From contig CBDBIJ010000031.1 in assembly GCA_965205655.1 (NCBI GenBank), positions 1 through 49,971 of the forward strand: 49,971 nucleotides of DNA, read 5' to 3'. Below, one piece after another: positions 32,766 to 41,356 of the stretch (its first letter is position 1; the number at the start of each line of letters is the position of its first letter). The notes under the pieces were generated by a model that saw only the letters and a program-made list of their open reading frames with translations, had not been told where the DNA came from and did not search any database. The translations under genes and the position numbers were made by a program. This DNA is from Candidatus Latescibacterota bacterium (lineage in GTDB: Bacteria > Latescibacterota > UBA2968 > UBA8231).

Positions 32766-33572
32766 ATGAGCGACAGCGCACAGTGCCCTCGGCGCGCCCT
32801 CATAACCGGTGGAGCGAACGGCTTCGGCCTGGCCACGGCGAGAGCCCTGCTGGAGCGAGGCGCACGGGTGGCGATCGGCGACATCGACGTTGAGCAACTC
32901 GGCAAGGCCGAGCGGGCACTGAGCAGCGATCGCGTCCTCGCCCTCGAGCTTGACGTTACCTCGCCTTCCTCGGTCAGGGCCGCGGTGGAAACGGCAACCC
33001 GGGAACTCGGCGGCCTCGACACCCTCGTCAACTGCGCCGGCATCATCTGCTTTACGCCGTTCCTTCAATGCACGGAGGAGGAGTGGGATCGAACCATCGA
33101 CATCGATCTCAAGGGGACCTTTCTGTGCTGTCAGGCGGCCGCTCCCGCGCTGTGTGAAAGTGGGAGGGGGCGCATCGTCAACATCGGATCGGATGCCTCC
33201 AAGATGGGCTGGCCGATCATAACGCCCTACGTCGCCGCCAAGTTCGGCGTTCTCGGGCTGACGAAGTCGATCGCGGGCGATCTCGCGGCGCACGCGGTCA
33301 CCGTCAACTGCGTCTGTCCGATTGCCACGGCCACCACTGGCATGGGACAGGTCTGCATGGACTGGAAGATGGGCCAGATGAAGGCGACGGAGGACGAGGT
33401 CCACGAGACCACTGCCGCCGCAGTGCCGCTGAAACGGAACTGCACCGAGGCCGATGTGGTGAACGCCATCATGTTCTTCATCGACGACAGCTCCGGCTTC
33501 CTGACCGGGCAGGCCATCGATGTAGACGGCGGCATGCTGAGCACAGCCGTCATCGCCGGATCGGGCAATTGA
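32766..33572 (+). CDS. SDR family oxidoreductase
   Basis: TGGANGFG, VNCAG, YVAAK, TGQAIDVDGG. Confidence 0.92.
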   Translation: MSDSAQCPRRALITGGANGFGLATARALLERGARVAIGDIDVEQLGKAERALSSDRVLALELDVTSPSSVRAAVETATRELGGLDTLVNCAGIICFTPFLQCTEEEWDRTIDIDLKGTFLCCQAAAPALCESGRGRIVNIGSDASKMGWPIITPYVAAKFGVLGLTKSIAGDLAAHAVTVNCVCPIATATTGMGQVCMDWKMGQMKATEDEVHETTAAAVPLKRNCTEADVVNAIMFFIDDSSGFLTGQAIDVDGGMLSTAVIAGSGN

Positions 33573-34402
33573 CTACAAGCGCCATCAAGCTAGCGGGAGC
33601 AGCGTGGACGTGGGTCGGCGCCTCGTTCGAGGAGTCCGCCGGGATTTACAGAGCGATCGGAGTCGACGCCATGGACCTCATCGCCGCGCCGGGAGGTCTT
33701 TTGAACCCGGACGACATCGCCGCGGATCCGAATGGTCAAGCCGACCGCGTGAAGAATCTCGACATCGAGCTCGCCAACATCATCGTTCTCTTCGGCGAGG
33801 GTTTCGAGGACCGAGCCATCAACTCCGCCGATGAGGCCGTGCGGCGCCAGACACTGGAGACCTACAGAAGACTCCTCGAATTCTGCGCTGCCGCGGACCT
33901 GAAGTCGATCACCGTGCTGCCCGGCGTCGAGCAGAAGGGCATCGGTCGCGAGGCCTCGCAGTCCCTCTCGGCCGAGCAGATGCACACCATGGCCGAGCTC
34001 GGCCGCGATGCCGGCATCCTCATGGTCTACGAAGCGCACCGGGAGTCGGTGCTCGAGAGCCCGCAGGAGATTATCAGTTTTGTCGAGAAAAACCCGGACC
34101 TGAAGCTGTGCATCGATCACGCCCACTGCCTTTCGATCGGCTACAAGCTGAGCGAGCTCGAACCACTCGTCGCCTATGCCGGGCACGTCCATCTCAGACA
34201 GGGTGCAAATGGGAAGATCCAGGCCCGTTGGGACGAAGGGGAAATCGACTTTCCCGCCCTCATGCGCCAGCTGCACAGCACAGGGTATGAGGGCTACGCC
34301 ACCCTCGAGTACGAGCACGAAGAATTCTGGGACATGGACAAGTGCGACGTCATGACGGAAACCATCAAGATGCGGGAGGCCGTGCGGCCTTTCGTGTCAT
34401 GA
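33569..34402 (+). CDS. Sugar phosphate isomerase/epimerase (AP-endonuclease-2 TIM barrel)
   Basis: YEAH, CIDHAH, HVHLR, GEIDF, YEGYATLEY. Confidence 0.85.
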   Translation: MTTSAIKLAGAAWTWVGASFEESAGIYRAIGVDAMDLIAAPGGLLNPDDIAADPNGQADRVKNLDIELANIIVLFGEGFEDRAINSADEAVRRQTLETYRRLLEFCAAADLKSITVLPGVEQKGIGREASQSLSAEQMHTMAELGRDAGILMVYEAHRESVLESPQEIISFVEKNPDLKLCIDHAHCLSIGYKLSELEPLVAYAGHVHLRQGANGKIQARWDEGEIDFPALMRQLHSTGYEGYATLEYEHEEFWDMDKCDVMTETIKMREAVRPFVS

Positions 34403-34417
34403 TAGAGGAGGCACGCC

Positions 34418-35491
34418 ATGCCTGACAGAGCGCGCGTCGGCGTCATCGGCTCCGGCTGGTGGTCGACGCAGGCCCACATCCCGGCGCTGGTCGCCAATCC
34501 GAAAGCTGACCTCGTCGCCCTCGCCGACATGCGTCCGGAGATTCTGGCGAAGGCGGCAGGCAAGTACGGCGTGGCCAAGACCTACGAGGACTACGTCGAG
34601 ATGATCGAGCGCGAGAATCTCGACGGCGTCGTCGTCGCCGTCTGGCACGCAGCCCACTTTGAAGTGACCCGCACCTGTCTTGAGCGCGGCCTGCACGTCA
34701 TGCTCGAAAAGCCGATGGTGCTCACCGCTCCCCACGCCAAAGAGCTCGTCGAGCTCTCCAAGCGCCAGCAACGAGAGCTCATCATCGGCTACCCCTGGCA
34801 CTTCACGCCGCACACCCTGAAGGCGCGCGATGTCATTCGATCCGGTGAGCTCGGCCCCATCCACTACGTCAACAGCTTCTTCGCCTCTATGGTGCTCGAG
34901 TTCATGCGGGGCAATGACGAAAGTTACCGATCTATGTTCAACTATCCCGTCGTTGGACCTGGAGATGTCTACTCCGACCCGGAGCGCTCCGGGGGCGGCC
35001 AGGGACATCTGCAGGTGACGCACTCGGCTTCGCTGTTCCTCTTTGTCACCGGCTTGCAACCACTCTCGGCGGTGGCGCTGATGAACAACCTCGACGTCAG
35101 TATGGACGTCGTCGATGCCATCGCCGTCCGCTTCGAGGGAGGAGCGCTCGCCACGGTGGGTAGCACCGGCGCGATAAAAACCGGCGGTCCCGAGACCCTG
35201 TTGACCCGCGTCCATTGCCAGGACGGCATGGTCGAGCTCGACTCGCTCTCCGGGACTGGCCGCATCCACCATCGAGACCAGTCGGAGGAGACTCTCACGC
35301 CGCTGCAGGGCGACGACGAGATCTACCCCATGCACGCCACCTCGTCGAACCTGGTAGATGTCATCACCGGCGACGCCAGCAACGGCTCACCCGCGGAAGT
35401 CGGATGGCGCACCGTCGAGCCCCTGGACGCCGCCTATCGATCGGCCGGCGGCGGCGGGAAGCTGGTCGAGGTGAGCTCGCTCTATGGCTGA
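34418..35491 (+). CDS. Gfo/Idh/MocA oxidoreductase
   Basis: VGVIGSG, HVMLEKPM, GELG.I, SGGG. Confidence 0.92.
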   Translation: MPDRARVGVIGSGWWSTQAHIPALVANPKADLVALADMRPEILAKAAGKYGVAKTYEDYVEMIERENLDGVVVAVWHAAHFEVTRTCLERGLHVMLEKPMVLTAPHAKELVELSKRQQRELIIGYPWHFTPHTLKARDVIRSGELGPIHYVNSFFASMVLEFMRGNDESYRSMFNYPVVGPGDVYSDPERSGGGQGHLQVTHSASLFLFVTGLQPLSAVALMNNLDVSMDVVDAIAVRFEGGALATVGSTGAIKTGGPETLLTRVHCQDGMVELDSLSGTGRIHHRDQSEETLTPLQGDDEIYPMHATSSNLVDVITGDASNGSPAEVGWRTVEPLDAAYRSAGGGGKLVEVSSLYG

Positions 35492-36345
35492 CTCACCGCT
35501 CACTGCTCTCCAACAGCAAGCTGCGGAGGTGGAACTCCACGGGCCCACTATTCACGGATCCACTATCAGTGATGAGGAAATGGCGCTGTGGAGCGAGCAG
35601 GGCTACATCCACCTCGGTCACGTCGCGCCCGCCGACGAGATCGAAGCCCTGTGTGAGCGCATCGATGCCATCATGCTCGGGCAGGTCTCATATCCGGACA
35701 TGCTCATGCAGCTGTGCCCCTCCGCCGGCGATCCGGAAAAAGCGAAGCAGACGAAAGTCTTCAAGGGATCGTCGCTGAAGTACCGCAAGATCGAGGGACT
35801 CGAGCAGGATCCACTCTTTCGCGCTTACATTCAGAGCCCGCTGTTTCGCGACATCACCCGCAAAGTCATCGGCGAGCAGGTCTCCTGCTATCGCGCCATG
35901 TTCATGAACAAACCGGCTGGTCAGGGAATCTCGCTGAAATGGCACCAGGACGGTGTCGGCGGCACCGGCGGCTGGTCTCTGTCGATCGACCCAGCGAATC
36001 ACCATATGGTCAGCTCTCGACGACACGAGCGTCGCCAACGGCTGCCTGCGCATCATACCCGGGTCCCATAAGTCCATCGTCACGCCCGGACGTGATTTTC
36101 TCAAGCCGGAGGAGGCCGCCGTCCACGCGCCCGAAGAGAAACACCTTCACCTCGAGATGAACAGAGGCGAGGTTGTGCTGCTCCACAACTGGACTCTCCA
36201 CAGTTCCGAGCCGAACAGCACGCATCGACCGCGCCGCGCTTTCAGCACCTGCTACCTAGACGCGGCCACGCGCCGGACGACGACGGGTGAATCCTACCCG
36301 AAGGTGTTTCCCGAGTACGAGCCCGTCGAAGTCGAATCGGTCTGA
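35484..36345 (+). CDS. Phytanoyl-CoA dioxygenase (PhyH) family 2OG-Fe(II) enzyme (+1 frameshift at ~35993)
   Basis: WHQD in one frame; TIWSALDD..NGCL.IIPGSH, TLHSS.PN...RRA in the next frame. Confidence 0.85.
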
Positions 36346-36388
36346 ACGCCTCGCAGTGCTTGCGGGCGCGTGGAAACAGGCGGGTGGA

Positions 36389-36844
36389 TCAGGCGACGAG
36401 GCGGCAGTCCTGCGTGGCGCCGAGAGCCTGGTCGATGTCGCAGAGAGTGGAGTTCAGATCCGGAATCAGGGCGTTGGCGTCGGCGAGCTTCTGTTCGGCC
36501 TCCGGATATTTGCTGTCGTCGTCGGCGTTGTAGCCATCCATGACAAGGGCGTAGGCGTCGAGCCGCAGCACGATCATCATGCGGATGTCGTCGTGCAGTG
36601 ACCGCAGACTCGATGGCGGCTCGATGCGATCGAGATCGACGAGCGCTTCGAGCAGTCTGGGGCGGACATCCTGAAAGACGGCGTTCAGGTTCTCGTTCGT
36701 CGCCAGCGTTCCCGAGGAGTTGTAGGCCCGCAGATCGGCAGCGTCACCGAAGCTTGTCTCACCGTCGTCCTCATTCCCGCACCCGATCACCAACGAGAGC
36801 GCCGCGAGAGCGGCCAGAGCTTTTGATCTGATCATCGCCAGCAA
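36389..36844 (-). CDS. Hypothetical helical lipoprotein
   Basis: Lipobox LVIGC; co-oriented with its neighbours. Confidence 0.6.
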   Translation of the reverse strand: MLAMIRSKALAALAALSLVIGCGNEDDGETSFGDAADLRAYNSSGTLATNENLNAVFQDVRPRLLEALVDLDRIEPPSSLRSLHDDIRMMIVLRLDAYALVMDGYNADDDSKYPEAEQKLADANALIPDLNSTLCDIDQALGATQDCRLVA

Positions 36845-36858
36845 CTGCTACTCTGCAT

Positions 36859-37350
36859 CTAACGTTGTATCGGTTTTTCTTTCGCCAGTGTGTTCGCCAG
36901 CCGGTCGACTACCTCCTCGATCGATTGCGTGCCGACCTCCCAGTCATCGACGTTGTATTTGAAGGTCAAGCCGTTTTGGCGTGACGACTCCTCCAGTTCG
37001 CTCAGTTTGTTTTCCGCCAATGGCCGGTCGCCGTCGAAGAGAATGACCATTTCGTCGCCGGAGTACCATCGCGCCACCACGTCGCTGCGGCGGAAGGGTA
37101 CGGAGAACGCCGCCTGGATGCGCCGGTCTACCTCCGTGTAGCCGTGTTCCTTGTTGAGGACGTGAATCTCGTCAAAATCGATGAAGACGATGGTCCGCTT
37201 GCCTCGGGGCATGACCTGACAGAACTGAAGGAAGGCACCGCGAGTCCACATTCCGTACGCCGTGTCCCAGCTCAGCTCCTTGACCTTCTCCCGTAATTCG
37301 GAGATTTCCCGATCGAGCCCGAAGATCTTTGAGGCGAGTTTTCTAAGCAT
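36859..37350 (-). CDS. Stand-alone degenerate GGDEF-domain protein
   Basis: WDTAYG, FIDFD..H.LNKEHGY..VD, RWYSGDEM. Confidence 0.75.
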   Translation of the reverse strand: MLRKLASKIFGLDREISELREKVKELSWDTAYGMWTRGAFLQFCQVMPRGKRTIVFIDFDEIHVLNKEHGYTEVDRRIQAAFSVPFRRSDVVARWYSGDEMVILFDGDRPLAENKLSELEESSRQNGLTFKYNVDDWEVGTQSIEEVVDRLANTLAKEKPIQR

Positions 37351-37416
37351 GGGATCAATCTACCAATTCGGATTCCATAGTGCCAAGGCGTCTTCCATAA
37401 TGCCAAGAGGTCGCGG

Positions 37417-38223
37417 TCACAAATCGACGGAAATCCCCTCTACTCGTTTGGCGATACCGGCGACGTCCGTTTGTCCCGTGAGATCGAGCACCCCTGACTC
37501 GTAGTACAGCACCCGGAACGGCACCGTCATGTGGTCGATGGCGTGCTGCACCGCGGTGGGGATCTCCAGCTCGCCCCGTGGCGACAGGGGGATAGCGCGA
37601 CACGCCTCGAATATGCGCGCGTCGAACCGCCAGCAGTTCATGCTGACGCCGACAGGTGGCGGCAGCGTATCGATGACGTGCTGTTCCGGCTTCTCGACGA
37701 CGCGCTGGAGGTAGCCTCTCGCATCCGTCTCCACCACGGCGAAGCGGGCGATGCGGTCTGCCGGCACGTTGCTGTGTTCGATCAGCTGTTCGCGCTCGAA
37801 CACAGCGAGCCCGGGCTCGCTGAGCCCGCGCAATCCGCCCAGCGCTTCGGCGGGATAGAGGTTGTCCGAATTGAGCGTCGCGAATGAGTCGCCGTCGACG
37901 AACGACTCAGCGGCGAGCACGGCATCGGCCGTACCGTTCGGGCTCTCCTGAGTGGCGAAATCGATCTGCAGGCGGCGGTAGGTGATGCTCGCGTAGTACT
38001 CACGGATGGCGTCGTGCTCCGGGCCAATGACCAGGCAGATCCTGCTGTAGCCGGCGTCGGCGAGGGCGTTCAAGACATAATCGAGAAAGGGACGTCCCAC
38101 CGGCATCATCGCTTTGGACCCCGCCTCCGCTGCGGCCTGTTGATCGGCATTCAGCTCGACGTCCGTCTGTGCCTTGCGCATTCGAGTGCCGAGTCCCCGC
38201 GCCAGAATGACCGCCTTATCCAT
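37417..38223 (-). CDS. Sugar-phosphate nucleotidyltransferase (NTP_transferase family)
   Basis: AVILARGLGTRM, Q..PNGTADA, NSDN, VEKP, SPRGELEI. Confidence 0.88.
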   Translation of the reverse strand: MDKAVILARGLGTRMRKAQTDVELNADQQAAAEAGSKAMMPVGRPFLDYVLNALADAGYSRICLVIGPEHDAIREYYASITYRRLQIDFATQESPNGTADAVLAAESFVDGDSFATLNSDNLYPAEALGGLRGLSEPGLAVFEREQLIEHSNVPADRIARFAVVETDARGYLQRVVEKPEQHVIDTLPPPVGVSMNCWRFDARIFEACRAIPLSPRGELEIPTAVQHAIDHMTVPFRVLYYESGVLDLTGQTDVAGIAKRVEGISVDL

Positions 38224-38311
38224 CAAGAACTTCCTATCGCGACTTTTTAACTCTTCCGCTTAAAACGTCTAATTAGTGCAAATATAAGATGTTATGACAG
38301 CGCCCATGAAT

Positions 38312-38328
38312 CTGGCATAGGGCTTGCG
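38312..38328 (+). promoter_or_regulatory. sigma54 (-24/-12) promoter
   Basis: CTGGCATAGGGCTTGCG with exact GG-N10-GC spacing, downstream of an AT-rich tract. Confidence 0.6.
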
Positions 38329-38570
38329 GCACGCAAGGACAGCATTCCCCTTGTCTTGTCCCGGAGAAGTGATGAGATTACTGTCATGCTACCTGATGTC
38401 TCGTGACCACTCCTGGTCGTGGTGACCACGTATGGTGCGTTTTCGAGCATCGGCCTATTAGGCGGTACAAACTCGTACTTCTCCCCTCGCCCGACGCGGC
38501 TCCTCGCGGCGGGTGACCATTCGACCTGTCGGCAGGCTCTCCCTTCGCCGCCGACGCAGAGGAGTAGGCC

Positions 38571-38681
38571 ATGCTTCATTCCGCCCGCAGGGAGTCCAGG
38601 TTCCCCGCTCTGGTCTCCTGGATGGTTTTCGCAGGGCTTGTGATCGTCCTCGGTCGCATCATCCCTGTGCTCTTTCAGTAG
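38571..38681 (+). CDS. Small single-TM peptide (36 aa; absent from the ORF track)
   Basis: AGAGGAG RBS 6 nt upstream; MLHSARRESRFPALVSWMVFAGLVIVLGRIIPVLFQ*. Confidence 0.55.
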   Translation: MLHSARRESRFPALVSWMVFAGLVIVLGRIIPVLFQ

Positions 38682-38786
38682 ATAGAAACCTACCCTCGCG
38701 CTTCTGGCTCGTCGTCCAGCTGCCTGGCGGCCGTTGCGACCCGCGCTTGGCGTTGGCGTCTTGACACTGCCGCGCCTTCTCACGCC

Positions 38787-39571
38787 TCACGCCGAAGCCC
38801 CCGAATAGTGTTTCACCCCGGCGCTCCAGAATAGCCTTGAGCACAGCAACAGTGCTGCGGCCAGAGCGATCGTTCCCAGCAGCAACTCGTCGGTGAGCCG
38901 TCCGACCAGCGCCTCTGAGGGCACGGTCACGGCAAACGCCACCGGCACGATAAACGTCAGCGCCGCCCGCAGCCAGCCGGGGTAGATGGTGATCGGCCAG
39001 CGGGCCGCATCGTACATGCTGATGAAGACCATAAAGATGTTCTCGATGCGCACGAACCAGAATGAAATCGTCGCCAGGATCAACCAGAAGCTGTACATGA
39101 TGGCGCTGCCCGCCGACAGCGCCACAGCGAACTTGAAGGCCGACTCGACACCCACGGCGCGACCGAGGTACGACAGCGACACGACGATGATGGCTATCCC
39201 TGCGAGCAGGTCCACCATCCTCCAGACTCGCACCTGACCCACGCTCACCAGCACCTGGGCCTCCTCCGGCTTTGTCAGCGTGAAGTCGAGCGTTCCCTGG
39301 CGCACGTCTTCGATAAGCCGCTCCATGCTCGGCTGGATTACGACACCGATGAGCCCGCTCATCATGATGTAGACCCCAGCAGCAGCACCAGCTCCGCTGG
39401 CAGCCAGCCGTTCAGGTTGTCGGTGTGGCTGAACACGACACCCACCGCTGCCAGAGACCAGGCGAAATTCAGCGCTGTCTTGAACAGCTGCATGACCAGG
39501 TTGGCGCGGTACTGCAGCTCGTTCATGAAGCCGATGCGGAAGAAGACGTAGAGCAGTCGCAGGAGACTCAT
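38787..39571 (-). CDS. ABC-2 family (DUF990-like) permease (-1 frameshift at the C4 run 39374-39377)
   Basis: ELQYRAN, GTLDFTLTKP, ARWPITIYP, TFIVPVAF, YSGASA. One extra base restores LLGVYIMMSG. Confidence 0.85.
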
Positions 39572-40371
39572 GCGCCCACCGCCGAATATCGCCTCGCGGC
39601 TCGATACCACGTCAATTGCAGGATGATGAGGGCCGCCAGCAGCCACGCCCCCTGTGCCGCAAAGCCCGTCATCGCCTCCGCCGGAGTGAGGTGACCGAGG
39701 ATGAGCTCCACTGGAAAAGCGATCATCCAGCGAAACGGGAGCACGTTTGCGAGGAGCTGGATCCACTCCGGCATGAGCACCAGGGGCGCCACCTTGCCCG
39801 ACAGAAACATGAGCGGCACGTAGTAGAGCTGGTTGAGACCCGACGTGTCGGTGACCCAGAAAGCGAGCAGCGCCACCGTCCACTCGACGATGAAGCGCAC
39901 GAAAAAAGCGAGCACGAGCGCCGGGATGAAGGCGGCGATCGCCCATGTGGGCGCACCGAATGACGGTTCGAAATACCAGATCAGCAGTGCGGTCGCCGGC
40001 AGCACGACGACGAGAGTGATCACTTTGTAGGATACGTTGGCGGTGATATCCCGGTGGATGGGGTGCAGCGGCTGCAGCAGGAGCGGCGAAAACGCTCCCG
40101 AGCGCACGCGCCAGCCCATCTCGAACATGTGCCAGTCGAAGGTCAGGTGGTTGACCAGCATGAAGACGATGTAATAGGCAGCCAGAGCGGCCTTGTCGAA
40201 CTCGCCCACCTGCCCGCCCCGCGAGTCAGCCACCGTCAGCCACACGACGAGAAAGATGATCGGCTGCAGGACAAGACCGATGAGCCAGATGATGAGGGCG
40301 GCGCGGTACTGCAGCATCTCGGCAGCCCTTGTGCGAAACAGCACGGAGTAAATGTCCGCGAATCCCCTCAC
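39568..40371 (-). CDS. ABC-2 family (DUF990-like) permease
   Basis: LQYRA, SG..S.LLL.P, FLSG..PL, PVELILG, YSAVGA; GTGA/ATGA translational coupling. Confidence 0.88.
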   Translation of the reverse strand: MRGFADIYSVLFRTRAAEMLQYRAALIIWLIGLVLQPIIFLVVWLTVADSRGGQVGEFDKAALAAYYIVFMLVNHLTFDWHMFEMGWRVRSGAFSPLLLQPLHPIHRDITANVSYKVITLVVVLPATALLIWYFEPSFGAPTWAIAAFIPALVLAFFVRFIVEWTVALLAFWVTDTSGLNQLYYVPLMFLSGKVAPLVLMPEWIQLLANVLPFRWMIAFPVELILGHLTPAEAMTGFAAQGAWLLAALIILQLTWYRAARRYSAVGA

Positions 40372-41348
40372 GCCGTCTCCTGGGCGAATACTTGCTCGAT
40401 AACCTCCTCGATGGGAGGGTCCTCCACGGTGAGATCGACGACCGGCAGATCGGTGAGAATGCGGCCGGTTACCGCCGCCGTCTCGCCCTTCGGAACGAGC
40501 AGCGTCACCCGGGCGCCGTCGCTGTCGACGACATCGCCGTAGGCGCTCAAATCGATTCCCTCCTGCTCCATCTCGACGACGATCGTCTTGTGAGGCGAGA
40601 ACCTGTCGACGAGACGCGACAGATCCCCGTCGAACAGCAGCTGGCCGTGGTGGATGACGATCACCCGCTCGCAGAGCGCTTTCACGTCGGCCATGTAGTG
40701 ACTGGTGAGCAGTACCGTTGCGCCGCGAATGCGGTTGTATTCGCAGATGAAGTCGCGAATGCGGCGCTGCATGGTGACGTCGAGCCCGAGCGTCGGCTCG
40801 TCGAGAAACAGGATCTTCGGACGGTGCAGGAGCGCGGCGGCGATCTCGCACTTCATGCGCTCGCCGAGCGACAGGTTCCGCACCGGTTTGTCGAGCAGCT
40901 CACCCAGATCCAGCATCTCGCTCAGCCCGTCCACGGTCTCGCGGTAGGCCTGTGAGGACAGTCGATAGATCGCCCGGTTGCGCTCGAGTGAATCGGCGAC
41001 GGGAATATCCCACACCAGCTGGTTGCGGTTCCCCATCACCAGGGTGATCTGGCGCAGGAAGTCGCGCTGCCGCCTGAACGGCTCGTAATCGAGGACGCGG
41101 ACCTGACCCTCGGTGGGATTCAGCAGCCCGGAGAGCATCTTGAGAGTCGTCGTCTTGCCGGCGCCGTTCGGCCCCAGAAAGCCGACCACCTCACCGGGGC
41201 TGACTTCGAATGAAATGTCCTTTACAGCCTCGACATCGCGGTGCTTGCGGTGGAAGACACTCTTGAGGGCCGAACCCAGACCCGCCTCCCGAATCGGGAC
41301 CCGGTAGGTTTTCGATAGTGAGTCCAGTCCGATTACAGGGAGCATCAT
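40368..41348 (-). CDS. ABC transporter ATP-binding protein
   Basis: GPNGAGKTT, LSLGERMK, FLDEPT, TSH. Confidence 0.95.
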   Translation of the reverse strand: MMLPVIGLDSLSKTYRVPIREAGLGSALKSVFHRKHRDVEAVKDISFEVSPGEVVGFLGPNGAGKTTTLKMLSGLLNPTEGQVRVLDYEPFRRQRDFLRQITLVMGNRNQLVWDIPVADSLERNRAIYRLSSQAYRETVDGLSEMLDLGELLDKPVRNLSLGERMKCEIAAALLHRPKILFLDEPTLGLDVTMQRRIRDFICEYNRIRGATVLLTSHYMADVKALCERVIVIHHGQLLFDGDLSRLVDRFSPHKTIVVEMEQEGIDLSAYGDVVDSDGARVTLLVPKGETAAVTGRILTDLPVVDLTVEDPPIEEVIEQVFAQETA

Positions 41349-41356
41349 CGACCCCA

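Noticed and set aside
39568..40851. 427-aa version of the ABC-2 permease
   Set aside because: The upstream part overlaps the ATPase out of frame; the coupled GTG at 40371 is the plausible start.
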